The notes beneath the pieces were generated by a model. The model saw only the letters and a list, made by a program, of their open reading frames with translations. It ran no database searches and was not told the origin of the DNA. From a virus, in the IMG/VR virus record IMGVR_UViG_3300035660_000001, positions 1 through 64,000 of that record: a stretch of 64,000 nucleotides of DNA; one strand, given 5' to 3'. The position numbers and the translations under genes are program-made. Shown here piece by piece: positions 1 to 9,769 of this stretch. How positions within the stretch are numbered: position 1 is the stretch's first letter; each line of letters opens with the position of its first letter.

Positions 1-8
1 CCAAAGAT

Positions 9-85
<77 letters not shown>

Positions 86-89
86 AGAT

Positions 90-166
90 CGGGGAGTAGC
101 TCAGATGGCAAGAGTTCCTGATTTGGGATCAGGAGGTCGCCGGTTCGAGTCCGGCCTCCCCGACCA
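90..166 (+). tRNA. tRNA-Pro (anticodon TGG)
   Basis: Acceptor CGGGGAG/CTCCCCG, anticodon arm CCTGA-TT TGG GA-TCAGG, GGTTCGAGTCC T-arm, encoded CCA. Confidence 0.95.
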
Positions 167-552
167 TGAATGATCAGATTGTAAATCCGGAGGCAGTTCT
201 GGATCCGCAGGGATCGCAGAAGGAGTTCCTCGTCGCAATAACTACGGGCGTAAAAGGGGAGGTGGCCTGGAAGAGGGTCATCGGGGAGGAGATAACCGTT
301 CCTGGTCTCGAGGAGTTCCGGCTTTTTATCCAGAGATTGGCGCCGGATGAAGATGGTTTTCTTATCGTCGAGGTCACTACGGGCAGGATTCTGTTCGGCT
401 TGGAGGATGTAACTCAAGAAGAGATGTTTAGTTATATCAACAAGTTTATCGGGGCGCACGGAGGGGCTTTCAATCTGAGGTTTGCGATGGCATCCTATGC
501 TCCGGCTCCCTACGTCCCGGACGGAGAATTCAAAGTGAAGGAGCCAATCTGA
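166..552 (+). CDS. hypothetical protein
   Basis: 128 aa ORF; its ATG overlaps the tRNA CCA and its stop overlaps the next start. Confidence 0.6.
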   Translation: MNDQIVNPEAVLDPQGSQKEFLVAITTGVKGEVAWKRVIGEEITVPGLEEFRLFIQRLAPDEDGFLIVEVTTGRILFGLEDVTQEEMFSYINKFIGAHGGAFNLRFAMASYAPAPYVPDGEFKVKEPI

Positions 553-779
553 TGGATAATCCCAGTAAGATCCTATCGTTCATGAAGTCCGATGAGTTTG
601 AGAAACTCAGCAAGCACTTTATGGAGGAGATCATTCCCAGGGGTCTCCGGGGTGTGGTCGCTGAGGCGCCCATCCGGAAGTGCCAGAAGAAGAAGTTTCT
701 TCAGAAGATCAACAGGGGTCTTAACGTGGCGCAACCCGCTCGGGGATTTGTAGGCCAGTTTCTCAGGAGGAAAACATGA
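552..779 (+). CDS. hypothetical protein
   Basis: Translationally coupled at both ends. Confidence 0.6.
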   Translation: MDNPSKILSFMKSDEFEKLSKHFMEEIIPRGLRGVVAEAPIRKCQKKKFLQKINRGLNVAQPARGFVGQFLRRKT

Positions 780-1456
780 ACCCTGAGCTCGGTCGACTAA
801 GGGCCCGCTGTAACGTCGTCCCCCGATGGTTTCACAAGATTTCGATCAAGAAGATAGGCAACGATTGGTTTCAGACGCCCGGGACGGAGCCTGCCGAGTT
901 CTCCCTATGGAAGATTAAGGCCATCCCCGACGTGACCGGGAAGAAGTGCCTGGACGTCGGCGCCTGGGATGGCCTGTTTACGTTCTACCTTCGGGAGAAG
1001 GGGGCTACGGATATCCTGGCGATCGACTCCTACCAGAACAAGGCCGGGATGAAGGGCTTCGAGCTCGCCCGGGAACTCCTTGCCGAGGTGAAGAGGCCGG
1101 TGGACGGGATCCGTTACCTGCACATGGACGTCCGGGATCTACCGTCCCTCAAGGAGGAGTTCGACGTATCCCTCTTCTTCGGTACGATCCACCACCTAGA
1201 AGACCCCTACATGGCCATGAAAGTTCTCGCCCGCTTGACGAAGCAGTGCATGGTCTTTGAGGGGCATTTTATCAAGGGCGACGATCCGATCGGTTACTTC
1301 TACAACCCCGGGCAGTTAAATAACGACGACACCAATTACTGGGGGCTTACGGTCCCCTGTATCGTGCGGATGGCGATTCGGGCGGGGTTCAAGAAAAGCG
1401 AGATGGTGGACACCCGGGGTGACCGCTGTCTCCTTCGCTTTTTCAAGGAGCTATGA
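776..1456 (+). CDS. class I SAM-dependent methyltransferase (CmoB/DUF1698-like)
   Basis: Motif I CLDVGAWDG, and FDVSLFFGTIHHLEDP. Confidence 0.85.
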   Translation: MNPELGRLRARCNVVPRWFHKISIKKIGNDWFQTPGTEPAEFSLWKIKAIPDVTGKKCLDVGAWDGLFTFYLREKGATDILAIDSYQNKAGMKGFELARELLAEVKRPVDGIRYLHMDVRDLPSLKEEFDVSLFFGTIHHLEDPYMAMKVLARLTKQCMVFEGHFIKGDDPIGYFYNPGQLNNDDTNYWGLTVPCIVRMAIRAGFKKSEMVDTRGDRCLLRFFKEL

Positions 1457-2448
1457 TGAAGAGCATAGCTGTCTTAGGGCCTACGGGAATGCTCGGGTCG
1501 ATGGTTCTGGATTACTTCTATCGGGAAACGGAGGAGAAGGATCATCTGGTGGCCGTCGGTCGTTTCCCCATCCGGGAAGAGGATCCCGCCCCCGATCTTT
1601 ACGTTAAGCTGAAGGAGACCTATCCCGAGGTTGAATTCCGTCACCTGGATGCCGAGCGATGTCTGGCCGGGGACATTGAAGAGGCCCTTCGGGACGTGGA
1701 CTGGGTCGTAAATTGCATGGGAGTGATCAACAAGAAGATCGACGAGGACGACCGGGAGAGCGTCGAGCGGGCGGTCAGGGTGAATGCGATGTTCCCGTAC
1801 CTGCTGGCGATAGCCGCCGAGTGGAATGAATTTCGGGTGATTCAGATCACTACGGACTGCGTGTTCTCGGGGCAGTCCGGACTATACTCAGAGAACGCTC
1901 CTCATGATGCTACTGACGTCTACGGGAAAACCAAAAGTCTCGGGGAAGTCGGCTCGGATTATTTTATTAATCTCCGGTGTTCTATTGTCGGCCCGGAGCT
2001 CAGAACCCACCAATCCCTGCTCGACTGGTTCCGGAGCCAGGAGCGGGGAGCCAGTGTGAACGGCTATGTCGGTCATATCTGGAATGGGATAACGTCCCTG
2101 CACTTCGCCAAGATCTGCTGGGGTCTAATGTGGGACGACCGCACATTGAAGTTACGGAAGGTCCAGCACGTTGTTCCCCGGGATCGGATCAATAAGTTCG
2201 AACTCTTGAAGTGTTTTGCCACGGCCTATCATCGGGAGGATATCCAGATCGCCCCGAATCAAGGCAGGGCTCCACATGAGATGGGTTTGGACCGATCGCT
2301 GTCCACAGTGTATGCGAATATCAACCGTGAATTATGGAGGAACGCTGGCTACGAAGAGATTCCGACGATTCCGGAGATGGTGGAGGAGCTTGCTTCCTAC
2401 CATCCGAGTCTCCTGGATAAATCTCTCTCGGCAATCGTCATGCCATGA
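1453..2448 (+). CDS. rmlD: dTDP-4-dehydrorhamnose reductase-like extended SDR
   Basis: GPTGMLG Rossmann motif, ITTDCVFSG, catalytic YGKTK. Confidence 0.88.
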   Translation: MMKSIAVLGPTGMLGSMVLDYFYRETEEKDHLVAVGRFPIREEDPAPDLYVKLKETYPEVEFRHLDAERCLAGDIEEALRDVDWVVNCMGVINKKIDEDDRESVERAVRVNAMFPYLLAIAAEWNEFRVIQITTDCVFSGQSGLYSENAPHDATDVYGKTKSLGEVGSDYFINLRCSIVGPELRTHQSLLDWFRSQERGASVNGYVGHIWNGITSLHFAKICWGLMWDDRTLKLRKVQHVVPRDRINKFELLKCFATAYHREDIQIAPNQGRAPHEMGLDRSLSTVYANINRELWRNAGYEEIPTIPEMVEELASYHPSLLDKSLSAIVMP

Positions 2449-3491
2449 TTCCCGGCAGACCCCCCTTCGAGAACAAACTGCGGATCGACTCGCCTTTTGG
2501 AATCGATGACGGCTATGGCCATGCCGCAGAGAAGATTGTCTTGTGGTTGGATCGGCTCGGGGTCGACATGTATGCTACGACGGGCTGGGGGCATACCCGA
2601 TTCGACGGCGTCCATCCCCGGGTCCAGCAGATTGCCCAGCGGGGACTTCGGGCGGAGACGACCTACGGGATCCGCATGTCGACTCCCCCGAGCTTCAACA
2701 TCTGCCCGGGGAGCGTTAAGATCGGGTTTTCGATGTGGGAGTTCATTCCCTTCCCGCAAGCCTGGGTCGCCGGGACGAACATGGTAGCCGCGAACTTCGT
2801 TCCCTGCGAGCAGAACAAGCAATTATGGCTTGAGGCCGGATGCACTCAGCCCATCTACGTCGTTCACCTGGGTGCGGACGTGGAGGTCTACCAGTATTAT
2901 GAGCGGCCGCCACGGGAAACCTTCACCTTCGTCATGGCCGGGACGCTCTCGGAGCGGAAGAATCCCAACATGGTCGTGATCGCCTTCCACGAGCTGTTCA
3001 AGGACATAGACGACGTCTACCTGTATGTGAAGTCCTCTCCTTATCTCGCTCATGGCTTCGCGTCGGACAAGGTCAAGGTCGTGAACGATCTCTACGCCGA
3101 GGATGCGATGGCTGAGATGTATAAGTCCTGCGACGTATTCGTCTACCCATCGCAGGGGGAGGGTTGGGGGATGTCTCCGTGCGAGGCGATGGCGACGGGT
3201 CTCCCTGCGATCGCCCCGGCGCACTCCGGCATGGCCGAATACATGACCGATGAGATCGGATACCCCATACGCTTTGAGCCTACCCGGAACCTGATCGGGT
3301 CCGGCCCGGAGCTCAGGGGACAGCAGTTCGGGTTCGCCGTGATCAAGATCGAAGATTTGAAGGAGCTCATGTGGCACTGCTACAAGCATCGGGATGAGGT
3401 TCGTGAGAAGGGGAAGAAGGCCGCACAGAGGATGCGAGAACGTTTTACCTGGGAACACACAGCAAGGAGGATTTTGGAGGTGCTGAGATGA
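2445..3491 (+). CDS. GT-B glycosyltransferase (GT4-like)
   Basis: RKNP motif and DVFVYPSQGEGWGMSPCEAMATGLP (EX7E). Confidence 0.92.
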   Translation: MIPGRPPFENKLRIDSPFGIDDGYGHAAEKIVLWLDRLGVDMYATTGWGHTRFDGVHPRVQQIAQRGLRAETTYGIRMSTPPSFNICPGSVKIGFSMWEFIPFPQAWVAGTNMVAANFVPCEQNKQLWLEAGCTQPIYVVHLGADVEVYQYYERPPRETFTFVMAGTLSERKNPNMVVIAFHELFKDIDDVYLYVKSSPYLAHGFASDKVKVVNDLYAEDAMAEMYKSCDVFVYPSQGEGWGMSPCEAMATGLPAIAPAHSGMAEYMTDEIGYPIRFEPTRNLIGSGPELRGQQFGFAVIKIEDLKELMWHCYKHRDEVREKGKKAAQRMRERFTWEHTARRILEVLR

Positions 3492-3865
3492 GTATGTTTC
3501 TCCTTCGGCTTCTGCCTCATGTAGCACGTCTGCATCCCAAGAACTGGCGGCCCGACAGGTGGCGGTATCCCCAGCTCTGGTATTGCGGCCCGAAGAGGTG
3601 GAAGAGAAACAAGCGGGGCGTGATCTTACGGAAGGCCAGACCGAGGCTGTTTCTCGAGTGGCTGTGCGGGGCGATGACGGGACACGAGTTGAGCAAGACG
3701 GAGTGGGGTTACGGGGGAGGGAAGTTTATAGACCGGAACTGCCGCTGGTGTGATAAGTTTGTTCAAGTTCCAAAGGATGAGGAGCCGACCAAGAGGGATC
3801 GTTTGCTGGATATTTACCTTAGTCATGGGGAAGGAGAGGAATGGAATACAAACCCGTCAACCTAG
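3488..3865 (+). CDS. hypothetical protein
   Basis: Coupled ORF with a CxxC motif. Confidence 0.55.
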   Translation: MSMFLLRLLPHVARLHPKNWRPDRWRYPQLWYCGPKRWKRNKRGVILRKARPRLFLEWLCGAMTGHELSKTEWGYGGGKFIDRNCRWCDKFVQVPKDEEPTKRDRLLDIYLSHGEGEEWNTNPST

Positions 3866-3996
3866 ACGTTCTCCCGAAGGCGTTGCGGGAGAGGATTCTA
3901 AAGTCCCGGAAGTGGATAAGCCGGAACAGCCGGTGCATCTGCGGGAGTAGGAAGCGGTTCAAGCGGTGCTGTGCCAAGGGGATCAGGCTGAGATGA
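3841..3996 (+). CDS. small SEC-C zinc-binding motif protein (51 aa, not in the ORF track)
   Basis: Manual translation MEYKPVNL...ISRNSRCICGSRKRFKRCCAKGIRLR*; purine-rich SD; stop overlaps the next ATG. Confidence 0.75.
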   Translation: MEYKPVNLDVLPKALRERILKSRKWISRNSRCICGSRKRFKRCCAKGIRLR

Positions 3997-4679
3997 CTAT
4001 AAGGCAGACTCGGATTTGGATTCCCCGAACGAAACGCTTTGAGACCCTGTGGGCCGAGACGGTGTTCGGAGCAATCATCGCCCCGATCGTGCGGAAGTAT
4101 CGTGCGGGCCTGAAGTGGTTTTGGTTCTCCCGTTACGGCTGTCCTCCGGAGCTCGATTCCGGAGACAGCGACTTCTCCAAAGTACCCGCCGACTTTGGGG
4201 ATCCCGAGACCAGGGAGTTCCGGAGCGTCAAATTCCGCTACTGCCTGTCTGTGCGATCGCCCTATCTCTTGAAGCATCTGCCGAAGTCATTTGAGGCCAG
4301 GGTCCGGGCTCTGGTTGCGGAGGCCGGATGTCTGATCACGGACTTCAGAAACTACGACTATCTTGCCGACCTGGGAGGGCTAAGGCATCTTGAGCCGGAT
4401 CGGACGAAGGAGCGGATGAAGGAACGCGCCGACCTTGTTGCCGAGAACTACTGCTCGGTCGCGAAACTTATCCTGCATGCTTTGAAGGGGCCAGATAAAG
4501 CCTGGGGTCGATATTCTCTTCCGCACAGCTTCTGGGGGCCGTATGACGGGGAAACACCCTTCCACGTGATTCACCATATCCTTTGCAACATGACATTCCT
4601 CCCTCTGTATAATGCCTTCCCCGTTTATTTCAACAACGACAAGACCTACGAGGTCAGACTCTGTAAGGTGAGGTTCTAA
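3993..4679 (+). CDS. hypothetical protein, weak resemblance to the lanthipeptide dehydratase C-terminal (elimination) domain
   Basis: WFWFSRY...VKFRY...YD-x-DLGG...HHILCN pattern. Confidence 0.5.
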   Translation: MTIRQTRIWIPRTKRFETLWAETVFGAIIAPIVRKYRAGLKWFWFSRYGCPPELDSGDSDFSKVPADFGDPETREFRSVKFRYCLSVRSPYLLKHLPKSFEARVRALVAEAGCLITDFRNYDYLADLGGLRHLEPDRTKERMKERADLVAENYCSVAKLILHALKGPDKAWGRYSLPHSFWGPYDGETPFHVIHHILCNMTFLPLYNAFPVYFNNDKTYEVRLCKVRF

Positions 4680-5140
4680 TGGATATCCTGGTGACGACGC
4701 CGAAGGCCGAGCACGAGACCGCCAAGATGGAGGGGGAGGCGCTCGCTGATGGCAACGGATTCTGGTTCAGGGTCTTCCCAAGAAGGCCGGACGTCAGGAG
4801 GGGAGATAAAGTTTACTTCGTGGACGGAGGGGTCATCCGGGGCTTCGGGACTGCCCTCTGCGACGTGGAGGAGCTAGAGGAGGGCGAGGAATGCGATTTA
4901 ACAGGCCGGATTTGGGGCAAGAGAGGCCACTGGGTGGTCAGATACCACGAATGGCAGTGGTTGCCTCACCCCGTCCCGATGAGGGGCTTCCAGGGCTTCC
5001 GGTACGTTTCCCGGATTCCTGGGCTTCCGGAGAGGCTTCGGCAGGGACCAGGGAAGGCGTTGGTGGCCGTTGATGAGGCTTTAGGAGGAGCCTTATCTCG
5101 GGGCATGAAGGCAGTGGTAGGAAGCCATGCTGGAAGTTAA
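4679..5140 (+). CDS. hypothetical protein, possibly PUA/ASCH/EVE-like
   Basis: VRRGDKVYFVDGGVIRGFG and PMRGFQGFRY. Confidence 0.55.
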   Translation: MDILVTTPKAEHETAKMEGEALADGNGFWFRVFPRRPDVRRGDKVYFVDGGVIRGFGTALCDVEELEEGEECDLTGRIWGKRGHWVVRYHEWQWLPHPVPMRGFQGFRYVSRIPGLPERLRQGPGKALVAVDEALGGALSRGMKAVVGSHAGS

Positions 5141-5570
5141 GGGAGACATTTGGCGGTGCCACGGATCAGGGGAGTGGGTCGTCGTCACGACCAACGGGGC
5201 GACCCGCCGTGACGGAGCCTGCATCATGGGAAGAGGGGTGGCCCTGCAGGCCGCTCAGCTCTATCCCAAGCTTCCCTTCGAGCTCGGGGATCGGATACGG
5301 ATGTTCGGTAACCTTGTATTCCTCTTCGATGATCGAAAAATCGCATCCTTCCCCGTGAAGTATTCCTGGGAGCAGAAGGCCGATCTCAAGCTCATAGAGT
5401 CGTCGGCCCGGCAATTATCCGTCCATGTCCGCGAGAAGGAGATCCCGGTCATTTATCTGCCCCGCCCCGGGTGCGGTAACGGGCGGCTCGACTGGGAGAG
5501 AGAAGTGAAGCCCGTCCTATCGAAGATTCTGAATGACCGTTTCGTCGTCTTGGAGAAAGATGTATCCTGA
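5127..5570 (+). CDS. macro domain (ADP-ribose binding/hydrolase) protein
   Basis: VKGDIW, VTTN, MGRGVALQ, FPVK, LPRPGCGNGRLDW. Confidence 0.88.
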   Translation: MLEVKGDIWRCHGSGEWVVVTTNGATRRDGACIMGRGVALQAAQLYPKLPFELGDRIRMFGNLVFLFDDRKIASFPVKYSWEQKADLKLIESSARQLSVHVREKEIPVIYLPRPGCGNGRLDWEREVKPVLSKILNDRFVVLEKDVS

Positions 5571-5740
5571 CGAAGAATTTGGCGCCTATTTGAAGGAGAG
5601 TGAATCATGACTTTCTTCTGGAATGTCTTTTGGCCTGTCCTGGCCGCATCGCTGATCGTCCACGTCATCGGATGGATGTGGCATCAGGCGATTTATCTTT
5701 TGAGGTCGATCGGAATGAAGGGTCCCAAGAGGAGGGGAAG

Positions 5741-5956
5741 ATGAAGGTCGAGGTATCCGGAAAGATTAAATACGGCAAGAGGAAGAAGGCGATCGCCAAT
5801 CTCGCCAAAGACCTTACCGGAAGGTTCGATAGGGCCGTCGAGACAGCCAGGGGAGGGCTTGTTTCGGGAGAGCACTTCAAGACGTCCCCGATCCTTTCGG
5901 TAACTATGTCCGTGGAGATGGATGCCGAAATAAAAGCACAGGACTACGGGCCATGA
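5741..5956 (+). CDS. hypothetical protein
   Basis: GAGGAGG SD before ATG 5741; coupled to the next gene. Confidence 0.5.
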   Translation: MKVEVSGKIKYGKRKKAIANLAKDLTGRFDRAVETARGGLVSGEHFKTSPILSVTMSVEMDAEIKAQDYGP

Positions 5957-6468
5957 AGATCGATGCGATCGTGGCTTCCTCCGTTGTCGCGAACGGGACT
6001 GGGGCATGGACGCCCATTGAGGTGTTACGCCACGTCGCCCAGATGATTAAGGACACGGAGGTCTTTTTCCTCGAGAAGGATGAGTGGGGGCCCCCGGACG
6101 ATGATGGTGGGGCTCTTCCCGTGAGCATGGTGAAGGTCGGGATCGTGGACGACGCCTTCGTGAAGGAAGGCGATCTCGTGGCCAAGATCAATATGGACGA
6201 TTCAACCGAGCTCGCCCATGTCCTTGCGATCGCCCAGCCTTTCTCCCCGGCTCCGGAGCCGGTTTACAAGTTTCTTAAGATGGAGGCTCCGAAGGCGTAC
6301 CCCGGGATCCGGATGCTCTGTAAGATTAACCCCGATGGAGCCCTTTACATGCCCTACTGGGCCCGGGTCTGCTTCGCTACGGTCGTTCCCAACGAGCGGT
6401 GCGGGGTCTTCCGGAGGGACGGGACGAACATCTGGCACGGACCACCTCCCGTGCATGGGCAGGTGTAG
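5953..6468 (+). CDS. hypothetical protein
   Basis: 171 aa coupled ORF. Confidence 0.6.
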   Translation: MKIDAIVASSVVANGTGAWTPIEVLRHVAQMIKDTEVFFLEKDEWGPPDDDGGALPVSMVKVGIVDDAFVKEGDLVAKINMDDSTELAHVLAIAQPFSPAPEPVYKFLKMEAPKAYPGIRMLCKINPDGALYMPYWARVCFATVVPNERCGVFRRDGTNIWHGPPPVHGQV

Positions 6469-6470
6469 CC

Positions 6471-7559
6471 ATGATTCGGGTTGCGGAACCGTGCATGACC
6501 GGGAACGAGCAGGACTACGTCTGGGATTGTCTCAAGCAGATACGGAATCAAATTACGGTCGGCCCGTATGTCGCCCGGTTTGAGAAAGCCTTTGCGGAGT
6601 TCATCGGAACGAAGCATGCGGTGGCGACGATGAACGGCACGGTTGCCCTGCATCTGATCTTAAAAGCCTTGAGGGTCGGTCCAGGAGACGAAGTGATCGT
6701 TCCGAACCTGACCTACGTTGCCACAGCCAACGCCGTGACCTACTGCGGAGCGACGCCCGTCTTTGTCGACGTAGACGAGACATGGTGCATGGATCCCGGT
6801 AAAGTCAGAAGGGCTGTGACCGGGAGGACGAGAGTCATCCTGCCCGTCCACCTCTACGGACAGCCCGCCAACATGGATGAGCTCGAAAGGATTGCCCTCG
6901 AGAATAGAATTTTGGTCGTGGAGGATGCGGCGGAGTCGTTCGGGGCAACCTATCACGGGAAAAAGACTGGGAGCCTCGGCGTGGCCGGGACGTTCTCGTT
7001 CTTCGGGAACAAGACGATCACGACCGGGGAGGGCGGAATGATCACGACGGACAACGATGAGTTTGACCGAGAGATGAGGATTCTCCGGGGGCAGGGCGTG
7101 GATCCCGAACGGCGTTACTGGCATACCGTGATCGGATTTAACTACCGGATGACCGACCTTCAGGCCGCTATCGGGCTGGCGCAGTTAGAGCAGGCAGACT
7201 TCCACATCGGGAAGCGGAGGGGAGTGTTCAAGGCTTACTGGGATAACCTTGTCGGAGTCAGGGAGATAGAGTTCCAACCATGCCTTCCCAACACGGAGCA
7301 TGGCTACTGGATGGTCGTGGTCACATTTCCTTCGGGCTTCGACAGGGATCACATCGCCAAGAGGATGCTGGACTGCGGGGTAGAGACTCGCCCCGTGTTC
7401 CCCCCGATGGTCGATCTCCCGATGTATCACAGCGAGGTGCTGTATCCCATGTCTAAGTTTATCTCCCAGCAGGGTCTTTGCCTTCCGACTCATGCCAATC
7501 TCACCCGGAAGGACATCGATCTGGTCTGCGGATATTTGAGGGCTATCGTTCGTGAGTAA
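6471..7559 (+). CDS. DegT/DnrJ/EryC1/StrS PLP sugar aminotransferase (perosamine synthase-like)
   Basis: NGTVALHL, VEDAAES, FSFFGNKTITTGEGGM, GFNYRMTDLQAAIG. Confidence 0.95.
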   Translation: MIRVAEPCMTGNEQDYVWDCLKQIRNQITVGPYVARFEKAFAEFIGTKHAVATMNGTVALHLILKALRVGPGDEVIVPNLTYVATANAVTYCGATPVFVDVDETWCMDPGKVRRAVTGRTRVILPVHLYGQPANMDELERIALENRILVVEDAAESFGATYHGKKTGSLGVAGTFSFFGNKTITTGEGGMITTDNDEFDREMRILRGQGVDPERRYWHTVIGFNYRMTDLQAAIGLAQLEQADFHIGKRRGVFKAYWDNLVGVREIEFQPCLPNTEHGYWMVVVTFPSGFDRDHIAKRMLDCGVETRPVFPPMVDLPMYHSEVLYPMSKFISQQGLCLPTHANLTRKDIDLVCGYLRAIVRE

Positions 7560-8250
7560 TCCCGCCGTCGCCATGATGAGCCTGTGGCGTAACGACGCAG
7601 GCCGGAAGATCAGAGAGAGGGCGTACCATCTCCTCGAGAAGAGCTACCCTAACCTGCGGTACGTCTGGGTCATCGGGGACAGCCAGGATCGGACTGTCGA
7701 CCTGCTTCACGATATCTGCTGGAAACAGCACAAGGAAGTGCAGTTCGTTAAGGCGAATACGGGGATCGAAGGGGAGGATGTTCACATCCACAGGAAGCGG
7801 TTAAGCGTCTCGGCCAATTTTGGTTTCGCGGCGGTCCGGGCCGAGGACGAATACTGGATGATTCACGAAAGCGATCTGATCACCCATGTCGATATTGTGG
7901 AGCGGTTTCTGGCTACACAGAAGTGCCCGATCGGGGGATGGCCTACTTTGACTTCGGGAGGCCGAACGATCTTTTACGATACTTGGAGTTACCGGAAGGA
8001 CGGCGTGAAGTTCATCAACGATCCGCCCTACCACGCCTGCTACAGGCCGAACGAGCTCTTTGAGGTCGATAGCGTCGGGTCGTGCTGGATGTTCTACGCT
8101 CAGGACCTCCGTGCCGGTGTGAGATGCTTCAACGAGGGTTGTGTTGAGCTCTGCGGGCAATTTAAGAGGTTAGGCCGGACGATCTGGGTCGACCCGAGGA
8201 TCCCGGTTGTCCAGCCGGAAGATTTGTGGATTCCCGCCCCCCATGACTAA
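7552..8250 (+). CDS. GT-A fold glycosyltransferase-like protein
   Basis: GDSQDRT, HESD (DxD-like), EVDSVGSC, IWVDP; located in the sugar cluster. Confidence 0.65.
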   Translation: MSNPAVAMMSLWRNDAGRKIRERAYHLLEKSYPNLRYVWVIGDSQDRTVDLLHDICWKQHKEVQFVKANTGIEGEDVHIHRKRLSVSANFGFAAVRAEDEYWMIHESDLITHVDIVERFLATQKCPIGGWPTLTSGGRTIFYDTWSYRKDGVKFINDPPYHACYRPNELFEVDSVGSCWMFYAQDLRAGVRCFNEGCVELCGQFKRLGRTIWVDPRIPVVQPEDLWIPAPHD

Positions 8251-9115
8251 GCGAAGGGTTCTGTCGTTCTACCCGACCCACGACGTGATGATGAACTCGA
8301 TCGCCGGGAGTGTTCCGGATGTTCAGTTTGATCTGGCGAAGATTCGCGAGCTGGACTATCCCGCCCCGCTTTTATTAGCGAAGAACATCACCCTTCTGAA
8401 CGAGACCTGGAAAGAGGTCGACGAGAGCCGCTACGATCTGGTCATCTTCTGGTGGCAGATTTATCAGGTGGTCGGGGCAAGGAGATGGACCCTTCCCCGG
8501 ATAGCCTTAGTTCTCAACACCGGGGACCCGATTATTCCGGGTTGCGATGGGGTCGTCTACAATACGTGGCTTACCCAGGAGAGGAGCTCAACGCCCGGGA
8601 CGGTTATTCCGTTCTGCCTCAGCAGGAGCGTTCTCGGGGACTGGACCGGGGAGGACCCGAGGGCGTATTTTTGCAACCGGAAGTCCTTTTATGATAGGGC
8701 CGGGTCGGGATGGAATGTCCCCCTCTGGGAATCCTTCGTTAAGAACGTTCCCTTCTATGTTCCCGATACGTTCCAGTCTTGGAAAGAATATCTGGCCCAG
8801 CGGAAGAAGATGAGATGCTACGTCGAAATGTCGAATCGGGTAAATACCTGTGCCTTCTTCGAGGCCTTGATGATGGGACAGCCCACGATCGTTCCCGATC
8901 AAAGGGATTATAATCTGGTCATTAAGAGCGGCCAGAACGGGTTTGTTTATCGGAACACCAATGAGGCTGTGGTTATGGCCCGGGATTTGATATGGGATTT
9001 ATCGCTGGCCCGGAAGATCGGAGAGGCTGGGGCCCGGACGGCGCAGGAGCTCGCGGGCGACGATCTCAGGAATGGTTTGTGGGAGAGCATGTTTAGGGTG
9101 GCGGTAGAGACATAA
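8243..9115 (+). CDS. GT-B glycosyltransferase
   Basis: FFEALMMGQPTI...IKSGQNGF...ARKIGEAGAR. Confidence 0.8.
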   Translation: MTKRRVLSFYPTHDVMMNSIAGSVPDVQFDLAKIRELDYPAPLLLAKNITLLNETWKEVDESRYDLVIFWWQIYQVVGARRWTLPRIALVLNTGDPIIPGCDGVVYNTWLTQERSSTPGTVIPFCLSRSVLGDWTGEDPRAYFCNRKSFYDRAGSGWNVPLWESFVKNVPFYVPDTFQSWKEYLAQRKKMRCYVEMSNRVNTCAFFEALMMGQPTIVPDQRDYNLVIKSGQNGFVYRNTNEAVVMARDLIWDLSLARKIGEAGARTAQELAGDDLRNGLWESMFRVAVET

Positions 9116-9768
9116 TGTTTTACGGACAGTGGAGCCCGCCCGTAGATGAGGTTCTGTTCAGGAATTATTTCAGCGACAAGAAGGATGGCTTCTTTATTGA
9201 ATGCGGGGCGGGGGATGGTATCGGAGATAGCTGTTGCCTCTTCTTCGAACAGCAGGGATGGAGCGGCATTAACGTCGAAGCCTCGGACGTTAATTTCCAG
9301 CGCCTGGTCGCCAACCGTCCCCGGGCACACAACCTTCACATGGGCCTTGGAGACAGGGATCACTGGGCGAAGTTTTCTAAGGCCGTCAAGGGAGCCGACG
9401 CCGGGGGAGTGTTCGCATGGCATCCGAGACAGAAGCGGGAGTGTGCGGAGGCGGGCTACGCCTTCGTGGATATCGACGTTGAGATCATAACCTACCAGTC
9501 CCTGGTGGGTCACAAGGTCGATCTGTTCGTGCTCGACGTTGAGGGCTACGAGCTTCAGGTCATTAAGGGCATGACCGGGTCGGAGTTCCTGCCGGACGTT
9601 ATCTGTGTCGAGTATCCGTTTGTAACGCTGGGTTACCTGCAGGAGATGCTGTGCCCGAGGGGTTACCGATACGACTTCTTCTCGTTCAACAACGCCTTCT
9701 TCGCCAAGCCGGAGATCCCAGTGAGGCCGGAATGGTTCGGGCAAACGAAAACCCTGTTGGAGTATTAA
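9115..9768 (+). CDS. FkbM-family methyltransferase
   Basis: FFIECGAGDG, GWSGINVEA, LFVLDVEGYELQVIKG. Confidence 0.92.
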   Translation: MFYGQWSPPVDEVLFRNYFSDKKDGFFIECGAGDGIGDSCCLFFEQQGWSGINVEASDVNFQRLVANRPRAHNLHMGLGDRDHWAKFSKAVKGADAGGVFAWHPRQKRECAEAGYAFVDIDVEIITYQSLVGHKVDLFVLDVEGYELQVIKGMTGSEFLPDVICVEYPFVTLGYLQEMLCPRGYRYDFFSFNNAFFAKPEIPVRPEWFGQTKTLLEY

Positions 9769-9769
9769 T

